The position numbers and the translations under genes are program-made. Source: a bacterium (GTDB taxonomy: Bacteria > Patescibacteriota > Microgenomatia > UBA8517). From it: DNA of 64,000 bases. Positions 38,155-48,181 of the stretch are shown here, piece by piece; the stretch's first letter is position 1; each line of letters opens with the position of its first letter. The notes beneath the pieces are model-generated. The model worked only from the letters and a program-made list of their open reading frames with translations. It was not told the origin of the DNA and did not search any database. The stretch lies in the NCBI GenBank assembly GCA_021824915.1, contig JAKAJP010000003.1, positions 136-64,135 on the forward strand, written 5' to 3'.

Positions 38155-39317
38155 TATTTGGCCGAAGTAGTTTCGGTCGCTCTAACTTCCCGGATTGCAG
38201 AGACTTTAATTTGCCCCGCATATTCCGCCTCACGTTCCAACTTCCTTGCTATATCATGCGCCAAAACAGTGAGCTTGTCATCATCCACCTCGTTCGGATT
38301 AACTATTACACGAACATCACGGCCAGCCTGAAAAGCAAAAACCGCATCCACTCCCGGAAATCCCTTAGCAATCTCCTCGATCTTGGTCATCCTTTTGACA
38401 TAACCTTCATGAGGCTCATAACGCGCACCCGGACGACTTCCGCTAACCGCATCAGCAATCCAAACAATTACACTCTCATTTGAAGAAAATGGACGATCTT
38501 CATGGTGTTCTGCTACACAATTAACAACCTCTTTTGGAATTCCGTATTTTTTAAGAAGGTTAACTCCAAGTTCTACATGATTACCCTCTTCATTGGTTAC
38601 GATCTTACCTATATCATGAAGAAGACAGCCCAAACGAACGACATCAACATTAGCACCAATCTCTGTAGCTACAGCAACACCTATCTTAGTCTCCTCAATT
38701 GTGTGGATTCCTAAGTTTTGTCCATAAGAAGTCCTAAAACGATAACGCCCAATCATTTTAATTAATTCTATCGGTAAATTAAAAACACCACATTCGTGGG
38801 TAATTTTTTCTCCCTCCTCCAAAAGAACGTCCTCCATACTCGCCTTAACCTGACGAACTACCTCCTCAATTCTTGAGGGTTGGATTCTGGCGTCCTTAAT
38901 TAATATTTCCAAAGCGCGCTTGGCAACCTCGCGACGAATTGCATCAAAAGATGAAATTCTTATTTCATTTGTTTCATCTATTTCTATTTCTACCCCAGCC
39001 TCCTTCTCAAATGCGCGAATATTACGCCCTCCCGCGCCGATTATCCTGCCTTTGACATCTTCGTTTGGAACGGTTATTGAAGAAAGTGTGTACTCTGCAG
39101 TGTAACCCGTGGCTCCATGTTTCATGGCATCCAAAAGTATCTCCTGAGCTTTTTGATTTACCTCTTCTTTAATCTTTTCTTCGGCAGCTCTGATCTTTTT
39201 GGCAATCTCACTGGTTAAGTCTTTTTGAACCTCATCAAGAAGGGCTCGCTTTGCCTCCTCTTGAGTCATTTTTGCAACCTTAGAAAGCTTATCTTTATAT
39301 TCGTCCTGTATATTCAT
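38154..39317 (-). CDS. rny: ribonuclease Y (no N-terminal transmembrane anchor)
   Basis: A coiled-coil, then KH (IIGAGGRNIRAFE), then HD (LLHDIGK) domains. Good RBS GGAAGGA. Only 387 aa. Confidence 0.8.
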   Translation of the reverse strand: MNIQDEYKDKLSKVAKMTQEEAKRALLDEVQKDLTSEIAKKIRAAEEKIKEEVNQKAQEILLDAMKHGATGYTAEYTLSSITVPNEDVKGRIIGAGGRNIRAFEKEAGVEIEIDETNEIRISSFDAIRREVAKRALEILIKDARIQPSRIEEVVRQVKASMEDVLLEEGEKITHECGVFNLPIELIKMIGRYRFRTSYGQNLGIHTIEETKIGVAVATEIGANVDVVRLGCLLHDIGKIVTNEEGNHVELGVNLLKKYGIPKEVVNCVAEHHEDRPFSSNESVIVWIADAVSGSRPGARYEPHEGYVKRMTKIEEIAKGFPGVDAVFAFQAGRDVRVIVNPNEVDDDKLTVLAHDIARKLEREAEYAGQIKVSAIREVRATETTSAK

Positions 39318-39422
39318 ATCCTTCCGAAGCCAAATAAGGTCCCGCCTTAGATGAGGGACATTCCGAACGAAGAAGCTGTCTTAAGTGTCTTCTTGCTCAT
39401 ATCTTTGACTTCTTGTTATATT

Positions 39423-40034
39423 TTACCCCGAAGAGGCGACCTTTTCAATCACATCCCAACCGAAGCCCTTTCCTGCTAAATAGGTGGACATTTTTTGACG
39501 CATCTTACTGGCGGGTAGATTTTTCCATTTGTACAGTTTCTTTTCAATTAAACCACGGGCCATTTTCTCCTCATCAACCTTCATCTCACTCAAAACCTTA
39601 TCGATTATTTCCCGACTAATTCCCTTTTGAAGCAGCTCCATTCTTACAACCTTCCGGGGTTTTGGTCTGAATTCCAATCGTTGTCCAAACCACCACCATG
39701 CAAACTTTTCATCATCCAAAAGTTCAAAGTGTTTTAATTTCTCAATTAACTCCGGGTACAAACTCTCATGGACTTTCTTTCGCTTGAAATAATCAGTTAT
39801 CTCCCTTTCGCTCCTCGGTCTGACCATGGCAAATCTTAAAAGCTTATCCAAACTTTTTTGAAACTCAGCTTTTTTAACAATTTTGGCAACATCCTCATCC
39901 GTCAGTTCCTGGTCAACTTTTAAATGAAGTAAAACGAAATTATCTAGATCAATTCCAAAGCCAAACCTATCGTCAAGATAGACATTCACCCGATCCTTAT
40001 TTTTCTGCTGTTTGATTGAAGTGATTACCGGCAC
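39423..40034 (-). CDS. recX: regulatory protein RecX
   Basis: A three-repeat helical RecX architecture. It lies immediately downstream of recA. Confidence 0.7.
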   Translation of the reverse strand: MPVITSIKQQKNKDRVNVYLDDRFGFGIDLDNFVLLHLKVDQELTDEDVAKIVKKAEFQKSLDKLLRFAMVRPRSEREITDYFKRKKVHESLYPELIEKLKHFELLDDEKFAWWWFGQRLEFRPKPRKVVRMELLQKGISREIIDKVLSEMKVDEEKMARGLIEKKLYKWKNLPASKMRQKMSTYLAGKGFGWDVIEKVASSG

Positions 40035-40043
40035 TAATTGATA

Positions 40044-41126
40044 TTACTCTTTTTCCTCTTCACCAATCTCCTTTGGCATCTTCTTGCCGGAAGCCGCCAT
40101 TTCGCGAATCTTCTTTTCAAGACCTTCCGCAAAGCCGGTATGTTCTCGCAGGTAAGCTTTTGCGGCTTCTTTGCCTTGGGCAATAGGTTTTCCTTCATAA
40201 TTAAAGAACGACCCACTTTTACTCACCAGTCCAAGTTCAAGTGCAACATCCAAAATTCCTCCCACTTTGCTTATTCCCTCAGTCTCCATAATGTCTAATT
40301 CTGCAACACGAAGAGGTGGTGCCACCTTATTTTTAACGATGCGAACTCTGTGGCGTGAGCCAATAACCCTTTCACCATCCTTCAAAACTTCTATCCTTCT
40401 GGTGTCTAGGCGAACTGAAGCATAAAACTTAAGGGCAAGGCCGCCGGGGGTCGTTTCCGGATTTCCAAACATAACTCCGATTTTTTGACGAAGTTGGTTA
40501 GTAAAAATCAAAACCGTTTTTGATTTTGAAATCGCGCCGGTTAATTTGCGAAGTGCCTGACTCATCAGTCTCGCCTGCATTCCCATAACCGCATCTCCCA
40601 TTTCCCCCTCAAGTTCAGCCCTCGGAACAAGTGCCGCAACCGAATCAACAACTACAACATCTAGTGCGCCGCTCCTTATTAAGGTCTCCGTTATTTCCAA
40701 AGCTTGTTCCCCTGTGTCGGGTTGAGAAAGGAGAAGATCGTCAAGATTTACACCAATTACTTCAGCACGAACCGGATCAAGCGCGTGTTCCGCGTCCACA
40801 AAAGCGCACTGCCCGCCTTTTTTCTGCGCTTCCGCAATAACAGAAAGCGCAAGCGTGGTCTTTCCCGAAGCCTCCGGTCCGTAAATTTCAATTATTCTAC
40901 CTCTTGGAAGCCCGCCAACACCAAGCGCCAAGTCAAGCGCAATTGACCCAGTTGGAATAACCTCAATTTTTAATTGATCACTTGTTTTTTCACCCAGCCT
41001 CATGATTGAACCGCGACCATATTGTTTTTCAATTTGGTCCATTGCAAGTCTGATTGCTTGAAGTTTTGCAGATTGACCTTCCTGTTTTACTGGAGTCTCA
41101 GTTTCGGGTTTTTTTACTCTCGCCAT
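40044..41126 (-). CDS. recA: recombinase RecA
   Basis: Walker [10 protein letters not shown], the L1/L2 loops and a highly conserved core across the whole 360 aa. Confidence 0.92.
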   Translation of the reverse strand: MARVKKPETETPVKQEGQSAKLQAIRLAMDQIEKQYGRGSIMRLGEKTSDQLKIEVIPTGSIALDLALGVGGLPRGRIIEIYGPEASGKTTLALSVIAEAQKKGGQCAFVDAEHALDPVRAEVIGVNLDDLLLSQPDTGEQALEITETLIRSGALDVVVVDSVAALVPRAELEGEMGDAVMGMQARLMSQALRKLTGAISKSKTVLIFTNQLRQKIGVMFGNPETTPGGLALKFYASVRLDTRRIEVLKDGERVIGSRHRVRIVKNKVAPPLRVAELDIMETEGISKVGGILDVALELGLVSKSGSFFNYEGKPIAQGKEAAKAYLREHTGFAEGLEKKIREMAASGKKMPKEIGEEEKE

Positions 41127-41134
41127 TCCGTATC

Positions 41135-41163
41135 TTTGTACTATGGGTGAAAAGAAAATGCAA
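41135..41163 (-). promoter_or_regulatory. sigma70-like promoter TTGCAT-17-TACAAA, 8 nt upstream of the recA ATG (leaderless or near-leaderless)
   Basis: The minus strand reads TTGCATtttcttttcacccatagTACAAAgatacggaATG. There is no SD. Confidence 0.4.
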
Positions 41164-41191
41164 GAAGCAAATTGTGATAAAATTGGTCCGC

Positions 41192-41266
41192 TCGGGGATT
41201 AGTTTAACGGTAGAATTGGCGCATGGGGTGCGTCAGACCTGGGTTCAATTCCCAGATCCCCGACCA
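41192..41266 (+). tRNA. tRNA-Pro (anticodon GGG), CCA encoded
   Basis: The acceptor TCGGGGA/TCCCCGA, D-arm AGTT..AATT, anticodon stem GGCGC/GCGTC with loop AT-GGG-GT, T-arm CTGGG-TTCAATT-CCCAG, and a 3' CCA. Confidence 0.75.
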
Positions 41267-41275
41267 AATCTTAAA

Positions 41276-42940
41276 TTGAATAAAATTTTAAGAAGCCCTC
41301 TTTTTTGGATATTCCTGCTCGCACTAGCCTTAAGAATTTATAAGCTGGGGACCCTTCCTTATGGCTTCCATGTGGACGAGGTCAAAGTTGGCTGGAACGC
41401 TATTTCGATTTTGGCAACCGGGCGCGACGATCACGGAAATCTTTTGGCTCCTTACTATAATTCATTCGGAGACTTCCGCCCAACCGGAATTTTCTACCTC
41501 ACAATTCCTTCAATTTTAATTTTTGGGGGTAGCGAGTTTGCTGTCAGGTTTTCATCTGCACTTTTTGGGGCATTAACAATCCTACCGATCTACTTGATCG
41601 GGCAGTATCTTTTCCAGTCCAAGAAGTTTAAATATGCTCCGGCAGTTTTACTCGCGATTTCTCCTTGGGCAATTGAAACTTCCAGAGCAACTAGCGAAGT
41701 TGTCATCTCAATCTTTTTTGCCCTCTTCGGCATATATTTCTTCTTGAAGTTAATCCAAAAACAAAACCGAAAGGATGCTATTTTAGCGATAGTATTAATC
41801 CTAACCAGCTATTTTCTCTATCATTCAGTTAGAGTTCTAGCGCCAGCATTCTTTATTACAATCGCCTTTTTCTACTTCAAAAAATACTCGGTAGTCAAAA
41901 AGCAAAAACCAGTTCTAATTACCATTGGTGTGATTACTATCGCAAGCCTCATCATTGGTCTGGGTAAAAGCTCAAGGGAGAGGCTCGGGCAGGTTTCTAT
42001 TTTTAAAGATACGGATTTAACTTATCAAATACAAAGAACGATATCCGAAAACAAAAGAAAGTCACTCTTGTCGCTGATATTTGATAACAGATTGTTTATT
42101 TACAGCGAACGTTTTGTTAATGAATACGGATCATATTTTAACCCCAATTTTCTAATTGGAAACGCCGCCCGCCCATACCGTTATACAACTCCCGGAGTCG
42201 GACTTTTAACATTTGTGGAAGGATTGCTTTTAATTTTAGGTATTACTCAAATCTTAAAAGGAAAAGGGAATTATCTACCGCTAATTTTACTTTTAATAGC
42301 CCCACTCCCCGCAATATTGACAAGCGAGGACTCGCCTAACCTTCACAGAGCATACCTCATGCTGCCATTTTTGATACTCATCGAATCATACGGAATTACA
42401 TTTTTATCCGAAATCAAAAAATACAAAAGAATAATTCCACTGACTTATGCATTTTTGTTTTTGAATTTTATCTTCTTCCTGCATATGTACTTCAGCCATT
42501 CACTAAATCACCAGCCGTTTATCAAGAATTTGCCACTTAACAATGCTTCCTATAGAGATGTCGGGGCAAAAGAATTGGCACTAAAACTACAATCGGTAAG
42601 CAAAAATTACGACAAAGTGATTATTACCGGCTTTCCGGACAACCTTTATCCTTGGTTCGCATTTTTTAACAAAATTGATCCGAAAGTTTTTAATAAAAAC
42701 CTAAGTCAGTACGGCAATATAACATTCAGTAACTTGAGATGCCCGTCTGACAATAGTTTTATTGATTATTATGATAAAAATATTTTGGTTATCGACTTCG
42801 CTGATTGTCCCTACGAAAGTAAAATCAGAGACGGACTTCCGATAAAAGTTGTTGACGGAATTTCCCGACCGGACGGAGTTGCTGTCTATATTTTCTTAGC
42901 AAAAACCGGTCCTATTCCGGATAAATTTTTGAAGAAATAA
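41276..42940 (+). CDS. GT39-family (PMT/ArnT-like) integral-membrane glycosyltransferase
   Basis: Multi-TM with the N-terminal loop motif HVDEVKVGWNA...DDHGN, the DE-containing first loop typical of GT-C/GT39 enzymes. The start is placed at the TTG at 41276 just after the tRNA; the track's ORF runs through the tRNA. Confidence 0.55.
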   Translation: MNKILRSPLFWIFLLALALRIYKLGTLPYGFHVDEVKVGWNAISILATGRDDHGNLLAPYYNSFGDFRPTGIFYLTIPSILIFGGSEFAVRFSSALFGALTILPIYLIGQYLFQSKKFKYAPAVLLAISPWAIETSRATSEVVISIFFALFGIYFFLKLIQKQNRKDAILAIVLILTSYFLYHSVRVLAPAFFITIAFFYFKKYSVVKKQKPVLITIGVITIASLIIGLGKSSRERLGQVSIFKDTDLTYQIQRTISENKRKSLLSLIFDNRLFIYSERFVNEYGSYFNPNFLIGNAARPYRYTTPGVGLLTFVEGLLLILGITQILKGKGNYLPLILLLIAPLPAILTSEDSPNLHRAYLMLPFLILIESYGITFLSEIKKYKRIIPLTYAFLFLNFIFFLHMYFSHSLNHQPFIKNLPLNNASYRDVGAKELALKLQSVSKNYDKVIITGFPDNLYPWFAFFNKIDPKVFNKNLSQYGNITFSNLRCPSDNSFIDYYDKNILVIDFADCPYESKIRDGLPIKVVDGISRPDGVAVYIFLAKTGPIPDKFLKK

Positions 42941-42942
42941 AA

Positions 42943-43386
42943 TTAATTCCAACCCGATTCGATAAAAGGAATGCCGTCTTTGTAATTTTCGATTACTTCT
43001 TTGACATAGGGCAAAGTGTTTTCCGGAAGATTATTAACCTGAAACCAGCTCATGTCATCACACTTGTGAGGTTCCAAAATTTTTGGCTCACCTTCCCACT
43101 TTTCTGCAATAAAAAAGAAGTCCATATATTCCATATGATCAGAGCTTATTCTATGAAGAACTTTAATTGGCCTTAGATCTTTCTTGTGAACTTTTATTCC
43201 AGCTTCTTCAAAAGCTTCACGAAGCATTGCATCAAAAACGCTTTCGTTTCCATCCAAATGCCCTGCAATCAAACTATACTTGCCGTCCATCCAACCGGTT
43301 TTGAAGCGTCGCGCAAGAAGAACTTTGCTATCTCTTATCAGAATTAAGTAAACTGCCGCACGCAGCGTAAACCTTTCGTTTGACAT
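42943..43386 (-). CDS. NUDIX hydrolase
   Basis: Nudix box GHLDGNESVFDAMLREAFEEAGI (Gx5Ex7REUxEExGU). Confidence 0.75.
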   Translation of the reverse strand: MSNERFTLRAAVYLILIRDSKVLLARRFKTGWMDGKYSLIAGHLDGNESVFDAMLREAFEEAGIKVHKKDLRPIKVLHRISSDHMEYMDFFFIAEKWEGEPKILEPHKCDDMSWFQVNNLPENTLPYVKEVIENYKDGIPFIESGWN

Positions 43387-43411
43387 AATGGAAGTATATC
43401 AAAATTAGCTC

Positions 43412-43840
43412 TTACCGCTTTGGAGATTGTTTGCGCCTACGAGCCTTACCACCCATTCCCACCATTCTTCTTTGGCGCTCTCTTGAATCGCGGGTAAGAA
43501 GACCGACTTTTCTTAAAAGAGGTCTGAATTTTTCCGGAGAAACTTTAACAAGGGCTCTTGCTATTCCCAAGGTAACGGCTTCGATTTGTCCGTTCTTTCC
43601 ACCACCGGAAACTTTTGCACTGAAATAGTACTTATCGCTCGTCTCAGTTACGCCAAAAGGTTTGGCAAGTGCTTTTTCGGCAACCTTACCTTCAAAATAC
43701 TTACCTGCGGGCTTAGAATTTACAGAACTTTCTCCTTTTCCACGATAAAGTCGAACTCTCGCACTCGAGGTCCTTCTTTTGCCAACTCCATAAATAAAAT
43801 CAATCTTTTTTGCCATATTATTTTGCAAACTCCTTCTCAA
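43412..43840 (-). CDS. rpsI: 30S ribosomal protein S9
   Basis: The conserved uS9 core with C-terminal GGKARRRKQSPKR. Confidence 0.9.
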   Translation of the reverse strand: MRRSLQNNMAKKIDFIYGVGKRRTSSARVRLYRGKGESSVNSKPAGKYFEGKVAEKALAKPFGVTETSDKYYFSAKVSGGGKNGQIEAVTLGIARALVKVSPEKFRPLLRKVGLLTRDSRERQRRMVGMGGKARRRKQSPKR

Positions 43841-44234
43841 ACGGGTTTGCGCTCCCTACCACAACTTTGAGTCTTAACATTCTATCTTTCTTCAAACGGT
43901 TGTCAGGAACCATCCCATTTACTGCGTGTTCGACTATTCTTTCCGGGTGTGTTTCCAAAACCTGTCGAAAGCTTCTTTCTTTGAATCCGCTCGGGTAACC
44001 GGAATGCCTTCTATAAACCTTCTTCGAAGATTTTTTGCCGGTAGTTTCAATTTTCTCGGCATTAATAACCACAACAAAGTCCCCACTATCAAGATTTGCG
44101 GAATATGTGGCCTTATGCTTTCCTGTCAGATATTTTGCAACTTCGGTTGCAAGTCTGCCCAAAATTTTTCCATCGGCATCGACAAGATGCCAACTTCGTT
44201 TCATTTCCTTTACTTTTGGTTGAAAAGTTTTCAT
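43818..44234 (-). CDS. rplM: 50S ribosomal protein L13
   Basis: KRSWHLVDADGKILGRLAT N-terminus of uL13. Confidence 0.9.
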   Translation of the reverse strand: MKTFQPKVKEMKRSWHLVDADGKILGRLATEVAKYLTGKHKATYSANLDSGDFVVVINAEKIETTGKKSSKKVYRRHSGYPSGFKERSFRQVLETHPERIVEHAVNGMVPDNRLKKDRMLRLKVVVGSANPFEKEFAK

Positions 44235-44680
44235 TTCTTAACTACTTTCTTTACAGCCTTTGTAGTTGCTCCGGTTTTCTTTTCTATTTTCTTTTTCTCT
44301 TCCTTTTTTGGAGTCATATCAACCTTTTGACTCCATTCAATTCTAACCATCTGGGCCGCGTCGCCTCGCCTTGGCGAAAGATGGATAATTCGTATAAAGC
44401 CAGAGCTTCTGGTGGCAAAAGATGGGGCAACTTTTTGGAAAAGCATATCGCATACTTTTCTGTTGTTATCTAGCTTCGCCAAAACTTTTCTACGCGCACT
44501 AACAGAACCCTTCCTTGCAAGGGTGACCATCTTCTCGACCTCGCCCCTGATAGCCTTCGCCTTAGCATTAGTGGTTGAAATTTTTCCACTCAAAATAAGG
44601 GCCTGTATCAAAGATGAAAAAAGAGCTTCTCTTGCGGGGCGCGATCTTGAAAGTTTACGTCCAAAAATTCGCTTATTCAT
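44231..44680 (-). CDS. rplQ: 50S ribosomal protein L17
   Basis: The bL17 core plus a Lys-rich C-terminal extension. Confidence 0.88.
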   Translation of the reverse strand: MNKRIFGRKLSRSRPAREALFSSLIQALILSGKISTTNAKAKAIRGEVEKMVTLARKGSVSARRKVLAKLDNNRKVCDMLFQKVAPSFATRSSGFIRIIHLSPRRGDAAQMVRIEWSQKVDMTPKKEEKKKIEKKTGATTKAVKKVVKK

Positions 44681-45599
44681 TGGCTAAAAATTCAACACCT
44701 TTTGTCCCCAAAGCGGCTGCAATTATCTTAAGAGATTTTTCTCCCAAATTTCTAACCTTGACTAAATCAGCCTTTTTGGCTCGAACCAAGTCTTCAACTG
44801 TTTCATAACCAGCCTTAGTTAAAGCATTGGCAACGCGGGTGGGAAGACCAATTTCCTCAACTGACAACTTCCCTACCGGACCCAAATCATGTACTACCTC
44901 TGCCTCTTTCTTTTCAACTTTCTTAGGGTTAACTACCTGGCCAAAATAAGAGACTAGAATTTTAGCAGATTCCATTAAGGCTCCTTCTGCGCTGATTGTT
45001 CCATCTGTCCACACTTCGAGGGTCAACTTGTCATAATTTGTAACACGACCGACACGGGTTTCCTCAACTTTGTAGGATACACGCTTGACGGGAGAGAATG
45101 TGGCATCTACCGGAATAAGTCCAATCGTGCTTACAGATCTATCTTCTGCGGGAGAATACCCGACACCAGATTCAATCACCAAATCGCAAGAAAGCTTTGA
45201 TCCTTTACCTAAATTTGCTAGTACCAAGTCCGGATTAACAATCTTTACATCTCCGGAGACTTTAATATCGGATGCTTTGACATCCCCAGCCTTTGAAACC
45301 TCAATTGTTGCTTTAATCGGCTTATCGCTCTTAGAAGAAAATCTGACCTTTTTTAAGTTTAGGACAAACTCAACAATATCCTCCTTCATGCCAGCAAGCG
45401 ATGAAAATTGGTGCTTAACCCCAGCAATTTTAACTGAAGTAACCGCATATCCCGGAAGGCTTGTGAGCATAACACGCCTCAGTGAATTCCCGAGAGTTAG
45501 ACCGTAGCCCTGCTCCAACGGAGAAATCACGAATTTTGCGTAATTTTCTTCTTTCTTTTCCTGTTTAATTTCAAAAATAGGATCGTTCAAAATAATCAC
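44673..45599 (-). CDS. rpoA: DNA-directed RNA polymerase subunit alpha
   Basis: N-terminal domain GYGLTLGNSLRRVMLTSLPG and C-terminal domain VEELGLPTRVANAL. Confidence 0.9.
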   Translation of the reverse strand: MIILNDPIFEIKQEKKEENYAKFVISPLEQGYGLTLGNSLRRVMLTSLPGYAVTSVKIAGVKHQFSSLAGMKEDIVEFVLNLKKVRFSSKSDKPIKATIEVSKAGDVKASDIKVSGDVKIVNPDLVLANLGKGSKLSCDLVIESGVGYSPAEDRSVSTIGLIPVDATFSPVKRVSYKVEETRVGRVTNYDKLTLEVWTDGTISAEGALMESAKILVSYFGQVVNPKKVEKKEAEVVHDLGPVGKLSVEEIGLPTRVANALTKAGYETVEDLVRAKKADLVKVRNLGEKSLKIIAAALGTKGVEFLANE

Positions 45600-45650
45600 C
45601 TCCTTAGAAAAATCCTCTAGCCGAAGCTAAAGGACTCGAGTATTTTACAT

Positions 45651-46253
45651 CTATCTGCTATAGAACTCAACAATATCTTGCTCGTTAATTGGTTCAACCA
45701 CATCCACCCTTGTGGGGTTTACCTTAACATGTCCTGCCGCAGCCTTCCTCTCAAGCCATGCGGGGACAACTCTATCCTCTACATCAAATGCTTTCTTTAC
45801 CTCCGGGATGCTCATGCTTTTGGCATCCAGTGAAATTACATCCCCAACCCTAACCGAGTAAGATGGAATATTTAGCTTCTTACCATTAACTAAAACGTGC
45901 TCGTGAGTAACAACCTGCCTTGCAGAAGGCCTGGTCGGAGCAAAACCAAGTCGGAAAACTACATTATCGAGGCGTTTCTCAAGAGAAGTCAGAAGTGCCT
46001 CGCCCGTATTTCCCTTCGACTTCAAAGCAACCTCAACATACCTTCTGAACTGGGCCTCACTTATCCCATATAACCTTTTAACTTTCTGCTTCTCCCTAAG
46101 CTGACGGCCATACTGAGACTTCCCAGTAGTTACACCCTTAGGCCCATGAACTCCGGGCGGAACATTCATACGAGTCAACTTTGCACCCTTACTAAAAAGG
46201 TCAAACCCTTCCCTTCTTGATAATCTGTCTTTTGGTCCTGTATATCTACTCAT
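45651..46253 (-). CDS. rpsD: 30S ribosomal protein S4
   Basis: MSRYTGPKDRLSRREG N-terminus. I start at the ATG at 46253; the track's longer ORF has an upstream extension. Confidence 0.9.
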   Translation of the reverse strand: MSRYTGPKDRLSRREGFDLFSKGAKLTRMNVPPGVHGPKGVTTGKSQYGRQLREKQKVKRLYGISEAQFRRYVEVALKSKGNTGEALLTSLEKRLDNVVFRLGFAPTRPSARQVVTHEHVLVNGKKLNIPSYSVRVGDVISLDAKSMSIPEVKKAFDVEDRVVPAWLERKAAAGHVKVNPTRVDVVEPINEQDIVEFYSR

Positions 46254-46257
46254 TTTG

Positions 46258-46638
46258 TTATACTCTCCTCTTTTTCTTCGGCCTGGGCCCGTTGTGAGGA
46301 ACCGGCGTAACATCCGCAATTAAGGAAATTTTTACTCCTGTTGCCCGAATTGCTCTCAGAGCTGCATCCCTACCGGGTCCCGGCCCTTTTATATAAATTT
46401 CAACATCTTCTACCCCAAAATTGTCTTTTGCCTGTTTTACCGTCTTTTCAACGGCCGTCGTAGCAGCGTATGGAGTTGATTTTCTAGTACCCTTAAATCC
46501 GGAGTTCCCGGATGAACCCCAAGCCAAAACTCCACCCTCGGTGTCGGTAACTGTAACCAACGTATTGTTAAAAGAAGCAGAAACATAAACCTTTGCTTGT
46601 TTTACTTCACGCTTTGTCTTTTTAGTATTTGTCGCCAT
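46258..46638 (-). CDS. rpsK: 30S ribosomal protein S11
   Basis: uS11 core ...GFKGTRKSTPYAA...TPVPHNGPRPKKKRRV. Confidence 0.9.
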   Translation of the reverse strand: MATNTKKTKREVKQAKVYVSASFNNTLVTVTDTEGGVLAWGSSGNSGFKGTRKSTPYAATTAVEKTVKQAKDNFGVEDVEIYIKGPGPGRDAALRAIRATGVKISLIADVTPVPHNGPRPKKKRRV

Positions 46639-47048
46639 TATTTCTTCTCCTCGGTTTTGCCTTCAGACATCTTTGAGAGAATCTCTTTCTTAAATGCTCC
46701 GACAGTTTTTCTCTTTCCACGCTTTGTGCGGGCATTGGTTCTGGTTCTTTGCCCTCGCACAGGAAGTCCCCTCGAATGTCTTATACCTCTATAACTTCCT
46801 ATCGTTTGGAGCCTTTGAACGTTACCTCTCACCTGTCTTGCAAGTTCGCCTTCAATGGGCATCTCATCCAGCTTAGCCGAGATCTTAGCAACTTCGTCAC
46901 TGGTCAAATCTTTAACTCTTTTCTTTGAATCAAGACCTAAAGAGTTTAATAATTTAGTCGAAAGTGGCCAACCCAAACCCTTAATGCGGGTTAAAGCAAA
47001 GTCAACTTTCCAATTGTCGTTTAGTTCTATTCCTGCAATTCTTGCCAT
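46638..47048 (-). CDS. rpsM: 30S ribosomal protein S13
   Basis: MARIAGIELNDNWKV N-terminus. The ATG is at 47048. Confidence 0.9.
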   Translation of the reverse strand: MARIAGIELNDNWKVDFALTRIKGLGWPLSTKLLNSLGLDSKKRVKDLTSDEVAKISAKLDEMPIEGELARQVRGNVQRLQTIGSYRGIRHSRGLPVRGQRTRTNARTKRGKRKTVGAFKKEILSKMSEGKTEEKK

Positions 47049-47050
47049 AT

Positions 47051-47164
47051 TTAGCCTTGTCGCTGTTTGTGACGGGGGTTTTTGCAAATAACATATAAAA
47101 CACCCCTACGCTTAACAATTTTGCAATCCTTACATCTTGGTTTTATTGAGCTGATAACTTTCAT
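47051..47164 (-). CDS. rpmJ: 50S ribosomal protein L36 (37 aa, not in the ORF track)
   Basis: [37 protein letters not shown] carries the C-x2-C-x12-C-x4-H zinc ribbon of bL36. It sits in the infA-rpsM gap. Confidence 0.85.
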   Translation of the reverse strand: MKVISSIKPRCKDCKIVKRRGVLYVICKNPRHKQRQG

Positions 47165-47172
47165 TTTTCTCC

Positions 47173-47388
47173 TTAGAACTTGAAAACAATCCTTCCTCTA
47201 TTTTCGTCATACGGTGTCATCTCAACCTTTACCCTATCTCCGGGGAAAATCCTGACATAACTTCTCCTCATCTTCCCTCTCAAAGTCGCCAAAATCAGCC
47301 TCCCATCGGTAAGCTCAATCCTAAACATTGTGTTTGGAAGAGCTTCCCTGACTTTCCCTTCAACTTCAGTAACGGTTTGCTGCTTCAT
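47173..47388 (-). CDS. infA: translation initiation factor IF-1
   Basis: [31 protein letters not shown] is the S1-like OB fold of IF-1. The ATG is at 47388. Confidence 0.88.
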   Translation of the reverse strand: MKQQTVTEVEGKVREALPNTMFRIELTDGRLILATLRGKMRRSYVRIFPGDRVKVEMTPYDENRGRIVFKF

Positions 47389-47413
47389 CGTGAATACGAA
47401 AAACACCTCGAGC

Positions 47414-48181
47414 TCAAGTCAGAACTTGATGACCGCGAGGTGTAACTGCTACGGTCTCTTCGAAAAGCGCTGATATTTTACCATCACGCATGGCGATTGT
47501 CCACCCGTCCGGCAAAAGTCCGACTTCAGAGCCACCTTTCGCGTACATCACCTCTATAGCCAAAGCCATTCCAGGCACGATTTGTTCACCCCTCCCTGAA
47601 GCTCTAGGAACAAAGCATGGTATCTGAGGCTCTTCATGCAATTCCCTACCAACTCCGTGGCCTACAAGAGCTCTGATGGGACTGTAGCCTGCGCCTTCGA
47701 TAATATCCTGAATCGCCTCCGAAATATCAAAAATATGCCTACCCGGTTTAACCTCGGCAATTGCCGCGTTAAGTGCCCTTCTGCCTATCTCCAAAAATTT
47801 CGAACTATCTGGCGTTAAGTTTATACCAACGGTGGTAGAGGTGTCCGTGTGAAAGCCTTTGTAGTAGATTCCCACGTCAACACTTACCACATCACCATCT
47901 TTAAAAACCGTCTCCTTCTTGGGAATTCCGTGAACAAGCTGCTCGTTAACACTTATACAAGTAAGCCAGCGGTATCCCGGAACCTTATCAAATGAACCTT
48001 CGGCGCCTTCCTCGGCGATTAGTTTTTTTGCCAAATTCTCAATATCGAGTGAGGAAACACCAGCCTTGACCGCTTTTGCTAAAGCATTCTTGACACGTCT
48101 CAGCTTTACCCCACCCTCTGCCATGATTTTTATCTCCTCCGGAGTTTTTAATTTTGGATGTAACCCGTTATTCATTCCCAT
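47414..48181 (-). CDS. map: methionine aminopeptidase type I
   Basis: The pita-bread fold with metal ligands D..D..H..E..E (GHGVGRELHEEP). Confidence 0.85.
   Translation of the reverse strand: MGMNNGLHPKLKTPEEIKIMAEGGVKLRRVKNALAKAVKAGVSSLDIENLAKKLIAEEGAEGSFDKVPGYRWLTCISVNEQLVHGIPKKETVFKDGDVVSVDVGIYYKGFHTDTSTTVGINLTPDSSKFLEIGRRALNAAIAEVKPGRHIFDISEAIQDIIEGAGYSPIRALVGHGVGRELHEEPQIPCFVPRASGRGEQIVPGMALAIEVMYAKGGSEVGLLPDGWTIAMRDGKISALFEETVAVTPRGHQVLT

Noticed and set aside
40034-40298. Two small ORFs (60 and 86 aa) at the recX/recA junction
   Set aside because: They overlap the well-supported recA 3' end and recX 5' end in other frames. No independent signals support them.
41054-41275. An N-terminal 74-aa extension of the GT39 ORF
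   Set aside because: It overlaps the recA start region and the whole tRNA-Pro gene. The real protein most likely starts at or after 41276.
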